64,000 bases of DNA from positions 128,001-192,000 of the forward strand of contig CAVVMW010000030.1 in NCBI GenBank assembly GCA_963749495.1, given 5' to 3'. Source of the stretch: an uncultured bacterium (GTDB taxonomy: Bacteria; Verrucomicrobiota; Verrucomicrobiia; Limisphaerales; UBA8199). Shown one piece after another: positions 23,974 to 34,183 of this stretch; within the stretch, counting starts at the first letter, position 1; each line of letters begins with the position of its first letter. The position numbers were made by a program, and so were the translations under genes. The notes under the pieces are model-generated. The model searched no databases, was not told the DNA's origin, and saw nothing but the letters and a program-made list of their open reading frames with translations.

Positions 23974-25011
23974 TTAAGAACGGAATACACGGAAAACGGC
24001 CTTCTTTCCGTATTCCGCGGTCCGTCTCCGCTCCCGCTCAGAGCAAATCCGCGCCCCCGACAACATCGTCGGGATAGATGGCTGTGGTCTGGTAACCGTA
24101 GCGGAAGAGGCGGCGCATTGCGCCGATGAACCTGCAACCCATCGGCAGCTTGTTGATCTGCGCGGCGACAAATCGCGGGAGACTGAACGGGGTCGGACAA
24201 ATCGCGCCAGCTCCTCGCGGACCGGTTCAGGAAACTCCGCGGCGGCCTGCCGTTGGAGGTGTTCCGCAAAATTTCCCAGGCCCAGCAACCGCGCCAGGAT
24301 GACCTGCTTGGCGAAGCACCTCCAGGCCTCCTGCCCAAACCGCTCTCGAACGTGTTTGGGCTTCAGAAAGAAAACCGTGTCAGCCCAGGCCGTGTGGCCA
24401 TCCCGCTGGAGGGGGCGATGGGGAGTCGCATATTTCCAGACCGCCGGCCTTAGGCCAATCAGTTCGAAGCCCAGCCCGGCCAGGTAGCCCAGGACCTCGT
24501 GGAAAAGAGGTTCGCCTTGAAAAAAAGGCTGAAACCTCAGTTCGCTCTGCACGCACAGCGCCTGCTCCACCAATTGCGGCGCGCTGGCCAGCACCTCGAA
24601 ATCCACGCCCTCCAGGTCGGTCTTGAACAAGTCCACTCGCCGGATACCGTGCTGGCCCAGGAGTTCGGTGATCGTCTCGCATTCCAGCTCCACGGCCCCA
24701 ACCTCCACAAAATAGTCTTGCAAGCCATAGGCCTCGACCAGTTTAGGGATCGGCTCCAGGAACGACGAGCATTGCGGGAACTTGCGCTGCTTGAATGCAC
24801 GCTTGCCGCGCCTTCCCGCAACCGCTTTTCGGAGACAAATACGGTTCACGTCGGCCGTCTTCGGCGGTGCCTCAGCCAGGAGTGCGTCCACTTCAACCAG
24901 GGTGATGGCTTCGGTAAGCCCCGGCACCTCTTTCAACAGGCCCAGCGTGTGCGCCGCGCCCAGGTCCAGAACCACAAAATCCCCTTTGAGCCGGCTAACC
25001 GTTTCCTTCAT
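23974..25011 (-). CDS. FkbM-family methyltransferase
   Basis: VLDLGA, VDLFKTDLEGVDFEVL, QSELRFQPFFQGEPLF; C-terminus possibly frameshifted. Confidence 0.8.
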   Translation of the reverse strand: MKETVSRLKGDFVVLDLGAAHTLGLLKEVPGLTEAITLVEVDALLAEAPPKTADVNRICLRKAVAGRRGKRAFKQRKFPQCSSFLEPIPKLVEAYGLQDYFVEVGAVELECETITELLGQHGIRRVDLFKTDLEGVDFEVLASAPQLVEQALCVQSELRFQPFFQGEPLFHEVLGYLAGLGFELIGLRPAVWKYATPHRPLQRDGHTAWADTVFFLKPKHVRERFGQEAWRCFAKQVILARLLGLGNFAEHLQRQAAAEFPEPVREELARFVRPRSVSRDLSPRRSTSCRWVAGSSAQCAASSATVTRPQPSIPTMLSGARICSERERRRTAEYGKKAVFRVFRS

Positions 25012-25254
25012 AGAGACCGTCAATCACGGTTGGTCAACGGCGGCGGGACCGGGCTGAGCGGGGTAAGCTCGGGCGAGGCTGCGGGAACCCGCCTGTATCG
25101 GCGATTAGTCCAATTCATCGTGGAAATCATACGGCGCGAGCCCTGGCGGTCAAGCCTTTTGGCCCGCGTCTCGATCAGCCCGGGGGAAACCTTGACTGGG
25201 GAGACATCTTCTCAGACAATACCCCTCAACTGATATATTGGGAAATTGAGAGAT

Positions 25255-26058
25255 ATGCCAACGACGCCGAACCAGACTTCGCAGGAGGTTCCGTTCCGGG
25301 TTATCCTCAAGGCCGCACGAGAGGTTGCGTTCGAGTCGCCAGACCATCTCATGCCTTGGGGCACCATGCGGAACAACAGCGTCAACCCGCAATTCAACTA
25401 TAAGCTCTATAACCTGTATCCCAGGCCCGAACAGCTCAAGATCCTGGACATGGGGTGCTCGGGCGGGGGCTTTGTAAAGGCATGCCTTGACGACGGGTGT
25501 TTTGCAGTGGGATTGGAGGGGAGCGATTTCTCGAAACGGTATCGTCGTGCCGAGTGGCGAACCATCCCCGAGCACCTCTTCACCTGCGATGTCACGGGAG
25601 ATTTCGAGCTTTTCATTGAAACGGAAGGGCAACGGAAACCCCTCCACTTCGATGTGGTGACCTGTTGGGAGATGATCGAGCACATAGCCGAACCCGACAT
25701 CGCCAGCGTCGCGCGCAACGTGCAGAAACATCTGGCACAGGGCGGGATTTGGGTTATGAGCGTGTCACCCAACGAGGAGATCATCCGTGGGCTCAGGTTG
25801 CACCAGACCGTGCAACCCAAGCCCTGGTGGATACGCAAGTTCGCCGAACTGGGGTTTGAGCACTCCGAACCTCATGTTCGCTACTTTCACACGCAGTTTG
25901 TGAGGGGACCGAAATATGGCGCGCCCGGCAGCTTTCATTTGGTGCTGACCCGTGATAGGTCCCGGTTGCCGCCCATCCCACATGAAAGTATTCTGCGCCG
26001 CACATATGATCTCTGGATCGGTTCGCTCCCACAGCGGGCCCTCTGCGGCACTTACTAG
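25255..26058 (+). CDS. Class I SAM-dependent methyltransferase
   Basis: ILDMGCSGG, FDVVTCWEMIEH. Confidence 0.85.
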   Translation: MPTTPNQTSQEVPFRVILKAAREVAFESPDHLMPWGTMRNNSVNPQFNYKLYNLYPRPEQLKILDMGCSGGGFVKACLDDGCFAVGLEGSDFSKRYRRAEWRTIPEHLFTCDVTGDFELFIETEGQRKPLHFDVVTCWEMIEHIAEPDIASVARNVQKHLAQGGIWVMSVSPNEEIIRGLRLHQTVQPKPWWIRKFAELGFEHSEPHVRYFHTQFVRGPKYGAPGSFHLVLTRDRSRLPPIPHESILRRTYDLWIGSLPQRALCGTY

Positions 26059-26112
26059 GCTCCAGCATGTCATGCATCCGACTGTCTTGGAGTTCGAAAA
26101 GCGTTGACACTT

Positions 26113-26856
26113 ATGTCGCAGACGACCTGGGACAAAATACGTGAAGGGATTGGGTACCGCTTCCTTCGGCTGGGCTATTATTTGCGCCAGGTCCGTGGGG
26201 ACTTTCCCATCCTCAAGCCGATCAACCCCTTCGGGGTCGAGGTGCTTGGAGACCCGGCTTTTCAGGCCTCGGTAAGGGAAGTCGCCGATCTGACGCTGCT
26301 GGACACCGCCCGTCTGGCCAATCTCTGGAGACTGTGCAGGACGACTGACCCCGAGGGCAATATCCTGGAGATTGGCTCCTTTCGGGGCGGCGGCGCTCTC
26401 CACCTCTCCAATAGCTGTCCGAGCCGCAAGATCATCGCTTGTGATTCGTTCCGCAGTTTTGAAACGGTGCATCCGACACTCGATAAGAGCTTCCACCAGG
26501 AGATGTTCAGGAGCACAAGCAGGGAGCGCGTCGCCGCCTTGTTCATATCACGAAAACGGAACTACGAGGTCATAGACGGATTTTTCCCGGCTTCATGTGC
26601 CGGCAAGACCATCGCGCCCGTTTCGTTCGTGCATCTGGATGTGGACGTTTACAAGGCCACGCTCGAATCGCTGAATTACCTCGAACAGGAACGCATCCTG
26701 CTGGATCGCAGCTTGATTGTCCTGGACGATTACGACCGGAATGCAGAGGGCGTCAACCAGGCAGTGGCTGAGTTCACCGCCGCCCACAAACACTGGCTGG
26801 CGATCCCCCTCTTCCCCGCGCAGTGCCTCATGCTCACGGCCGCCTGGTTCCGCTGA
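26113..26856 (+). CDS. TylF/MycF/NovP-like O-methyltransferase
   Basis: ILEIGSFRGG, CDSF, FVHLDVDVY..T, IVLDDY. Confidence 0.85.
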   Translation: MSQTTWDKIREGIGYRFLRLGYYLRQVRGDFPILKPINPFGVEVLGDPAFQASVREVADLTLLDTARLANLWRLCRTTDPEGNILEIGSFRGGGALHLSNSCPSRKIIACDSFRSFETVHPTLDKSFHQEMFRSTSRERVAALFISRKRNYEVIDGFFPASCAGKTIAPVSFVHLDVDVYKATLESLNYLEQERILLDRSLIVLDDYDRNAEGVNQAVAEFTAAHKHWLAIPLFPAQCLMLTAAWFR

Positions 26857-26883
26857 ACGCGGCGGCGAGCATTGATTTTCGTC

Positions 26884-27528
26884 ATGAAACGCATCACAGC
26901 TAATCTCTTAGCGGGCTTGCGGCTCGCCGCCCTGGCCATGGCGGCGGTGACTCAGACCAAAGCCCAGGAATACACGTTCACCACGCTGGCGGGCCTGGCG
27001 GGAAGCTCGGGCAGCGCCGACGGCACGGGCAGCGCGGCGCGGCTCAACCATCCAATCGGCGTGGCGGTGGACACCGCCGGCTGCGTCTTTGTGGCGGATG
27101 CCTTCAACCACACGATTCGGAAAGTGACGCCGGCCGGGGTGGTGACGACGCCGGCGGGCCTGGCGGGAAGCTCGGGCAGCGCCGACGGCACGGGCAGCGC
27201 GGCGCGGTTCAACAATCCATCCGGCGTGGCGGTGGACACCGCCGGCAACCTGTATGTGGCGGACAGCGGGAACAACACGATTCGCGTCGGCACTGTCGCC
27301 TGTCCGGACCAGCCCACGATTGACCTTGCTGCCGGGCCGGCCGGGCAATTGCGGCAACTGGACACCAGGCCGCAAACCGCCGTGGCCTGGCAGTGGAGCC
27401 TCATCCAAGGCCCGGCCGCTTCATCGGCCGCACTCTCGGCCTCCAATTCTCGCAATCCCACGTTCACACCCGATGTCACCATGTTTCGCCAGCCCACCCG
27501 GCTCTATCGCCTGGATCCGGTCCCATGA
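26884..27528 (+). CDS. Short NHL-repeat protein, internally deleted paralogue of 2892..5869
   Basis: Near-identical signal peptide and [10 protein letters not shown] start, two NHL repeats, [16 protein letters not shown], terminal FRQP.RLYRL.PVP. Confidence 0.75.
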   Translation: MKRITANLLAGLRLAALAMAAVTQTKAQEYTFTTLAGLAGSSGSADGTGSAARLNHPIGVAVDTAGCVFVADAFNHTIRKVTPAGVVTTPAGLAGSSGSADGTGSAARFNNPSGVAVDTAGNLYVADSGNNTIRVGTVACPDQPTIDLAAGPAGQLRQLDTRPQTAVAWQWSLIQGPAASSAALSASNSRNPTFTPDVTMFRQPTRLYRLDPVP

Positions 27529-27871
27529 CGCCCCACCTGCCATCGGGGCGTCTCTCCCCTCGCCCGCAGGATCTGACCCCGGCCCAGGACCAGTGACAAA
27601 GTCTCCGAAACGGGCCCCAAGCCCTGACTGTAGGAGACGGCGTAAGGAGTCTCTGATCAACGCCTTCCGAGGGGAGCAGGCTTTCGCTGTACCCCGGATG
27701 CCACGGCTGCCTGCCACCAATCGCTGGCGGGGTCGGGTGTGACCCACCACCACGGATCGTTGCCGGGCGGGGAGATGGGGAATCTGAAGGCCTGCACATG
27801 GCCATCGCCGTAGTCCCTTCGGGACACAACTGCGTGGGAGCTTGACCGGCAATTCTAACCGCACGCCGCTG

Positions 27872-28043
27872 GGCGCATCCCGACACTGCCCCCACCGCCG
27901 AGGGCCGGATCGGAGTGCGCCCGTCCCCGGGCGTAGCGACGCCCGGAGCCAGGGCAGCGGTCAAACACTCCAGCGCGCCAGCCCGCTCCGTCGCTGCTGC
28001 GCCCGGGGACGGGCGCACTCCGGGGACAGAGTCAGGATGCGCC
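27872..28043. repeat. REP-like palindromic element (CGGAGTGCGCCCGTCCCCGGGCG core, GGCGCATCCYGAC ends)
   Basis: Inverted arms; related copy at 47959-48244. Confidence 0.75.
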
Positions 28044-28047
28044 GCCG

Positions 28048-28248
28048 GGGCCATTGACAAAGTCACTCCAAGGGCTTGGGCGGCAACGGCGCCAGCGTAG
28101 CGCAGGTTTCCAAACCTGCTGTATCGCGGGTTTCCAAACCCGCAGGCCGTCCGCAAACCGGGGGCGCTCGACATGCCGCCGTCCTGCCGGTTGGAAATCG
28201 GCGATACAGCAGGTTTGGAAACCTGCGCTACAACTTTGTCAACGGCCC
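28048..28248. mobile_element. 201-bp MITE-like element (GGGCCRTTGACAAAGT ends, GTAGCGCAGGTTTCCAAACCTGC palindromic core)
   Basis: 16-bp terminal inverted repeats; direct repeat GGATGCGCCGC at 28035-28045 and 28250-28260; inverted copy at 53948-54148. Confidence 0.75.
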
Positions 28249-28318
28249 TGGATGCGCCGCACGCCGCCTCCTTGCCTTCCTTGACATCGGGCTGGGCGTG
28301 ACCAAAACTGTTTGTCTT

Positions 28319-30118
28319 ATGGTCGAACCACGCACCAGCGAGTTGATGGAGACAATTGTGTCGCTTTCCAAGCGGCGGGGATTCATTTTCCAGTCCTCGG
28401 AGATATACGGGGGGCTGAACGGATTTTGGGATTACGGCCCGCTGGGGGCGGAGCTCAAGCGGAACATCAAGGAGTACCTGGTGGCGCTCGATGACGCAAG
28501 CGCGCGATGACGTGGTGGGCCTGGATGCCTCGATCATCATGCACCCGAAGATCTGGGAGGCCAGCGGCCATACCAGCACGTTCAGCGATTTGATGGTCGA
28601 TTGCCTCCTGACCCGGAAACGCTTCCGCGCGGACCAGATCGAGCCCCAGAGCGGCACGGCCTACTTCTACACGGGTGCCACGGACGCCGTGACCGGCAAG
28701 CAGTGCAAGGACCCGTTTTCAGTCCTGCTCGTCACCGGCTGGCACCCGGACTATGCCCGCAAAGTGGCCCGGCAGTTTTACCAGCAGCGCGGCCTCCAGG
28801 AGCCGGGCATGGAGGGCGAGCGGTCCGAACCGGTCCGGAACAGCACCCGTTACAATCCCGAAAACGGCTCGCTGCTGACCGAACCGCGCCCCTTCAACCT
28901 CATGCTCAAGACCTGCGTCGGCCCCGTCGAGAGCCCCGACAACGTCTCCTATCTCCGTCCCGAGACTGCCCAGGCCATCTTCGTCCAGTTCAGGAACGTG
29001 CTCGAGGTCTCGCGCCAGAGGCTCCCCTTCGGCATCTGCCAGATCGGCAAGGCCTTCCGCAACGAGATCAACCCCCGCAACTTCACCTTCCGTTCGCGGG
29101 AATTCGAGCAGATGGAGCTGGAGTTCTTCATCAAGCCCGATGAGGCGATCGAGGCGGTTTGCGGGCACGTGGCCGCCCCGGCCGGCCCGGCCACCCCGGC
29201 CACCCGCAGCCCGACTGGGGCTGGCAGCTCTGGCACCAATACTGGGTCGAGGAGCGCATCCGCTTTTACGAGAGCATCGGCCTGCCCCGCGCCTCCCTGG
29301 TCGAATACTGGCAAAAGCCGGACGAACTGGCCCATTATGCGCGCGCGACGGTCGATGTCCTCTACAAGTTCCCCTTCAGCAAGCGCGACCCAAGCGGGGA
29401 GTTGGCCGGCGAGGAACTGGAGGGCATTTCCGCCCGCAGCGATTTCGACCTCTCCCAACACCAGCGCTTTGCCGCCCGGCCCATGACGGTCTTCGACGAG
29501 GAACTCAAGAGCGCCTGGCCCAGGCTCGACCCGGCCAAACAAAGCGCGTTGCGCGAGCGCTACGCCCAGGCCCGCCTCAACTATTTGCTCAAGGCGGGCG
29601 AGCCTCCCGCACTGGCGGAGAAACAGGCGCGCCAGGATGGCGAGGCCCTGGCCAAGGGCTACTACGTGCCGCACGTCATCGAACCGTCCGCCGGCGTGGA
29701 CCGCCTGGCCCTGGCGCTCCTCTGCAATGCCTATTCTCAGGACCAGGCCCCGGACGAGAAGGGCAAGCTCGAAACCCGCGTCGTCATGCGCTTCCACCCG
29801 CGCATGGCCCCGATCAAGGCCGCCGTCTTCCCCCTGCTCAAGAACAGACCCGAGCTGGTGCAAAAGGCCAGAGAGGTGCGCGACCTGCTCCGTCCCCGGA
29901 TGGCCGTGTTCTACGATGAAGCCGGCGCTATCGGCCGCCGTTACCGCCGCCAGGACAAGGCCGGCACGCCCTTTGGCGTCACCATTGACTTCGACACCCT
30001 GGGCGAAAGCGGCCCTGACCTCAAGGACACCGTTACCCTGCGCGATCGAGACACGATGAAACAGGAGCGGGTCAAGATCGCCGATTTGGTGACGGTGTTG
30101 AGTGCCAGGCTCCATTGA
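28319..30118 (+). CDS. glyQS: Glycine--tRNA ligase (homodimeric type); two frameshifts (near 28480 and 29185)
   Basis: [76 protein letters not shown]. Confidence 0.92.
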
Positions 30119-30173
30119 CCTGGCCTGGGCGCAGGCGACAGACCATGACCGCATATTTGGCACAAGGGGATCG

Positions 30174-30824
30174 ATGAACGAATCTCACCCATTGGCGTTC
30201 ATTTGCAGGCTCTCTCGTTTCTTGCTGCGATGCCGCGGGGCAAACCGCAGGCCCGGAGGCCGGAGCGGCAGCGACGCCGGCCCGCGGGCGGCCGGCGCTG
30301 CCCCGGCGGCAACACCCACCGCCTCGGCCCAGCCGCTCCCCAGGGTCACGGGCACCGAGCCGGTCAAGAGGCGGGCGCCGACGCTCTATGCCATTATCAT
30401 CATCAAGCTGCTCAAAGGGGCGCTGTTCGTGGGGCTGGCCATCACCGCTTACACCCTCTCGGACAACGATCTCCCAGCCGAATACCAGAACCTGCTGCAC
30501 GTCCTGAGGCTCAACCCGGAGAGCAGGATCTGGGCGCACCTGGCCAACCAGGTCAGCCAATTGACCGAGACTAAGGTGCTCGTGGCGTCGGCCGGCATGC
30601 TGGCCTTCAGCCTCCTTTCGCTCATCGAAGGAATCGGGTTGCTCTTTCGTGTCCCCTGGGCCGGCTGGATGGCCATCGGGGAATCGATATTCTTCATCCC
30701 GATCGAGATCGACCACCTCCTCCACCGGCCCTCGGTCATTGCCGCGGCCGTGCTCGGCCTGAACATCCTCATTGTCTGGTACCTGGTCCAGAACCGCAGG
30801 CGCCTCTTCCGCCATCACCGTTGA
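30174..30824 (+). CDS. DUF2127-like membrane protein
   Basis: IKLLKGALF..., EGIGL, FIPIEI, NILIVWYL; start uncertain. Confidence 0.7.
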   Translation: MNESHPLAFICRLSRFLLRCRGANRRPGGRSGSDAGPRAAGAAPAATPTASAQPLPRVTGTEPVKRRAPTLYAIIIIKLLKGALFVGLAITAYTLSDNDLPAEYQNLLHVLRLNPESRIWAHLANQVSQLTETKVLVASAGMLAFSLLSLIEGIGLLFRVPWAGWMAIGESIFFIPIEIDHLLHRPSVIAAAVLGLNILIVWYLVQNRRRLFRHHR

Positions 30825-30865
30825 CCGGGCCCAACTGACCCTTTCCCCTTTCCCCTCGGCCTCCC

Positions 30866-31091
30866 ATTTTCATCCCGGAGGGATGAGAGAAGGTAAGCCG
30901 GGGGTCCAAGCACAGCGAGACCCCCGGTCAAGCGGCGATGTGTGTTTGCATCCCGGAGGGATGCCAGAGGCTCACCCGCACGGACGCTCCTTTCTGGCAC
31001 CCCATCCGGGGTGCAGGGCCCTCGACGCGGTCAACCGGGGGTCGCGGCGAGGCCACGACCCCCGGCTACCTTCTGGCAACCCTCCGGGTTG
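30866..31091. repeat. REP-like palindrome cluster (CATCCCGGAGGGATG family)
   Basis: Nested hairpins; related partial copies near 9470 and 37740-37840. Confidence 0.7.
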
Positions 31092-31140
31092 CGGATCGCT
31101 CGGGGTTGACGACGGGCCTTTTATTGGATTTATTGACATT

Positions 31141-32028
31141 ATGAAAATTGAAAGTCTGAAGGTTTTCTGTGACTTGGCTGAAACTCAGAGCTTTACGAAG
31201 GCAGCGCAGATCAACGAAGTCACCCAGTCCGCCGTCAGCCAGCAAATCACCTCCCTGGAGCGCCTGTTCAAGTCGCTGCTGGTCGAGCGGGGCAAACGAA
31301 AATTCCGGCTCACGCCGGAAGGCGAGATGCTTTACGAGCACAGCAAGCAAATCCTGGAAACCTATGCCGGCCTGCAGACCCAGCTCAAGGAGACCGGCGA
31401 GGTGGTCTCCGGCACCATCCGCATCTCCACCATTTACAGCATCGGTCTGCACGACCTGCCGCCGTATCTGAAACAGTTCCTTAAGAGCTATCCCAACGCC
31501 CACGTCCATGTCGAGTATCGCCACGCCCGCCAGGTCTATGAGGATATCCTTGGCAACGCGGCCGACCTGGGCCTGCTGGCCTACCCCACCCATGCGCGCA
31601 CCCTCGAAATCCTCCCCCTGCGCAAGGACCCGCTCGTCCTGATCTGCCACCCCAGCCATCCCCTGGCCAAACGCAAGACCCTCCGGCTCAAGGCCCTGAG
31701 CGGCCAGAAATTCGTGGGCTTCGAACGCGACATCCCCACCCGAAAGGCCCTGGACCGGATCTTCAAGGAACATCACGTGACGGCCGACTATGTGATGGAG
31801 TTCGACAATGTCGAGACGGTCAAACGCGCCGTCGAGATCGATTACGGGGTGGCCGTCGTCCCCGAGACCACCATCCGCCAGGAAGTGGCCAGCCAAACCC
31901 TGGTTGCGCTTCGTTTCGAGGAAGGCGATTTCGCCCGCCCGCTCGCCATTATCCACACCCGCAGCAAGGTGCTCTCACACGCGATGAAACGGTTCATCAA
32001 CCTGATCAAGGGACCGCTGGAGGGGTAG
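31141..32028 (+). CDS. LysR-family transcriptional regulator
   Basis: SFTKAAQINEVTQSAVSQQI..LE HTH; substrate-binding domain. Confidence 0.93.
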   Translation: MKIESLKVFCDLAETQSFTKAAQINEVTQSAVSQQITSLERLFKSLLVERGKRKFRLTPEGEMLYEHSKQILETYAGLQTQLKETGEVVSGTIRISTIYSIGLHDLPPYLKQFLKSYPNAHVHVEYRHARQVYEDILGNAADLGLLAYPTHARTLEILPLRKDPLVLICHPSHPLAKRKTLRLKALSGQKFVGFERDIPTRKALDRIFKEHHVTADYVMEFDNVETVKRAVEIDYGVAVVPETTIRQEVASQTLVALRFEEGDFARPLAIIHTRSKVLSHAMKRFINLIKGPLEG

Positions 32029-32179
32029 TCCGGCCATGAGCGGCGAGCACATCCTGCGATACACGGATCTCCCTTTTGAGCATGTCACGCTTGAGCGCCC
32101 GCAAAAGGCTGTTCGTGGCGTGGTCCAACAGTTCCGCCTCGGATTTCGGCCGGCGCTTAGTTGTCACTTTCACAGCCAT
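32006..32179 (-). CDS. Small hypothetical protein
   Basis: MAVKVTTKRRPKSEAELLDHATNSLLRALKRDMLKRE, co-directional downstream of hpnJ. Confidence 0.4.
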   Translation of the reverse strand: MAVKVTTKRRPKSEAELLDHATNSLLRALKRDMLKREIRVSQDVLAAHGRTTPPAVP

Positions 32180-32217
32180 AACCTGCCGCAATCGCGGGTG
32201 GGATTCAATTCACAATT

Positions 32218-33681
32218 TCACGCCGCCGCCGCGGGTTTGGCTCGGGCGGCGGCCAGGTCTTCTTTGCGCTGGCGCAGGCTCTTGAAGAACTCGTAGCCCT
32301 CGCGGCAGCGGCGCACGAGAACCTCTTTGTCCTCGAGCATCGTCTTGATGATGCGCAGGATGGGCCGGGCGCGCAGGTAATAGGCCCGGTAAAACCGCTC
32401 CACCGCCTCGAAGATCTCCTCTTTGCTCAGCTCCGGATATTCGAGGGCGCTCTGCTGGAAACCGTCCTCCTCGACCAGGTCGGTTTTGTCTTTCTTGACG
32501 AACCAGCCGTTCTGGCGGGCCATCTCGAAGAGTTCGGTGCCGGGATAGGGCGCCGCCAGGGACACCTGGAGGCTGAAGATATCGAGTTCCTTGGCAAAGC
32601 GGATGGTGTTCTCGATGCTCTGTTTGGTCTCTACGGGCAGGCCCAGCACGAAGGTGCCGTGGATGACGACGCCGGCCTGGTGGCAGGCCCGGGTGAAGCG
32701 GCGCATCTCGTCGAGCGTCACGCCCTTCTTGATGCGCGTGAGGATGTCTTCGTTGCCGCTCTCGTAGCCGACCAGGAACAGGCGCAAGCCGGAGTCTTTG
32801 AACGATTTGATGGTGTCGTAGTCCAGGTTGGCGCGGCTGTTGCAACTCCAGGTCAGGCCCAGGCCCGCCAGCTTCCGCGCTATCTCCCGCGCGCGCGGCA
32901 GGTTGGCCGTGAAGGTGTCGTCGTCGAAAAAGAACTCTCGCACCTGGGGGAACAACTGCTTGAGGTAAGCCATTTCCTCGGCCACGTTCCGGGCCGAGCG
33001 GACGCGGTATTTGTGCCCGCCGATGGTTTGGGGCCACAGACAGAAGGTGCATTGGGCCGGGCAACCGCGGCCGGTGTAGAGGCTCAGGTAGGGGTGGAGC
33101 AGGTAGCCGATGAAATACCGCTCGATTTGCAGATCGCGTTTATAGACGTCCGCCACCCAGGGCAGGGCATCCATGTCCTGGATGAGTTCGCGCTCCGGGT
33201 TGTGGCGGATGCGGCCCTGGCCGTCGCGATAGCTCAGGCCCGCAATCCGCTCCAGCGGGCGGCCTTCGGCCACTTCCTTGCAGGTGAAATCGAATTCCTT
33301 GCGCCCAACCCAATCGATGGCCGTCGAGGCCTTGAGCGTCTCGGCGGGCAGCACCGCCGCGTGCGCCCCCACGAACCCGATCCGCGTCTCGGGCCGGTTC
33401 TCCTTGATGGCCTCGGCCACCTTGCAGTCGTTCTTGAGCGACGGCGTCGAGGTGTGGATGATGACGTGCTCGTAGCCCCTGGCCTCCTCCAGACACTGCC
33501 GGATGCCGATGTCGTGCGGCGGGCAGTCCAGCAGCCTGCTCTCCGGCACCAGCGCCGCCGGTTGGGCCAGCCACGTGGGATACCAGAAACTGGTCACCTC
33601 CCGCCGCGCCTGGTAGCGCGAGCCGGCCCCGCCATCGAAACCGTCGAACGAAGGAGGACTTAGAAAAAGGGTCTTGCTCAT
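32218..33681 (-). CDS. hpnJ: Hopanoid biosynthesis-associated radical SAM protein HpnJ
   Basis: PPSFDGFDGGAGSRYQARRE..FWYPTWLAQPAA; GRGCPAQCTFCLWPQT. Confidence 0.93.
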   Translation of the reverse strand: MSKTLFLSPPSFDGFDGGAGSRYQARREVTSFWYPTWLAQPAALVPESRLLDCPPHDIGIRQCLEEARGYEHVIIHTSTPSLKNDCKVAEAIKENRPETRIGFVGAHAAVLPAETLKASTAIDWVGRKEFDFTCKEVAEGRPLERIAGLSYRDGQGRIRHNPERELIQDMDALPWVADVYKRDLQIERYFIGYLLHPYLSLYTGRGCPAQCTFCLWPQTIGGHKYRVRSARNVAEEMAYLKQLFPQVREFFFDDDTFTANLPRAREIARKLAGLGLTWSCNSRANLDYDTIKSFKDSGLRLFLVGYESGNEDILTRIKKGVTLDEMRRFTRACHQAGVVIHGTFVLGLPVETKQSIENTIRFAKELDIFSLQVSLAAPYPGTELFEMARQNGWFVKKDKTDLVEEDGFQQSALEYPELSKEEIFEAVERFYRAYYLRARPILRIIKTMLEDKEVLVRRCREGYEFFKSLRQRKEDLAAARAKPAAAA

Positions 33682-33697
33682 ATTGGCTCGATCTTAC

Positions 33698-34183
33698 TCA
33701 CGATTTCCCGCTGGTCTCAGCCGGCTCGGCTGCCAGCAACGCCTTCAAGTGCAGCAGGCGCGGGCTTTGCCGTTCCAGCAATTCCTTGAGCAGGCGCTCG
33801 AGGTTCGGCAGCCGGTGGTTGATGTCCGCGTGGAGTTCCCGCGGGTGCTCGCTCAAGCTGAAGTCGTCCATTTTCAAATTGGCGGCCTTTGCTGTTTTGA
33901 TCACCCAATCTTCCAGCCTCGGGCAGACCACCACCAGGCGATTATTGCGGATCTTGTTAGTTTTCAATCTCAAATCGTGCAGGGTGGACTCCTCGATGAA
34001 CTCGCTCAAGGTTCTCGGTTCTGCACTGCCGAAATCTTCATCCACTAGCCCCATCGCGCCTGAGTTCCTGCCCAGGGACTTGGAGACGTTGCCTTTGCCA
34101 GGACTATGAACGATACCACGCCGCGGCACGCCTGCAACCCGCGCCAGAACCTCGTCCGGCTTGCACTCCAGGAACAACCTCAT
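33698..34183 (-). CDS. Hypothetical protein, TOPRIM-like partner of the AAA ATPase
   Basis: LFLECKPDE, GKGNV, GLVDED, LEDW; 4-bp overlap with the ATPase stop. Confidence 0.6.
   Translation of the reverse strand: MRLFLECKPDEVLARVAGVPRRGIVHSPGKGNVSKSLGRNSGAMGLVDEDFGSAEPRTLSEFIEESTLHDLRLKTNKIRNNRLVVVCPRLEDWVIKTAKAANLKMDDFSLSEHPRELHADINHRLPNLERLLKELLERQSPRLLHLKALLAAEPAETSGKS

Noticed and set aside
28319..30118. Frameshifts in glyQS, pdxJ, the NHL, LamG, ATPase, FG-GAP and pilin genes as pseudogenes or programmed frameshifting
   Set aside because: They are single-base indels scattered over unrelated genes, including an essential synthetase, with no shared slippery motif. Long-read assembly error is the simplest explanation; read polishing would settle it.
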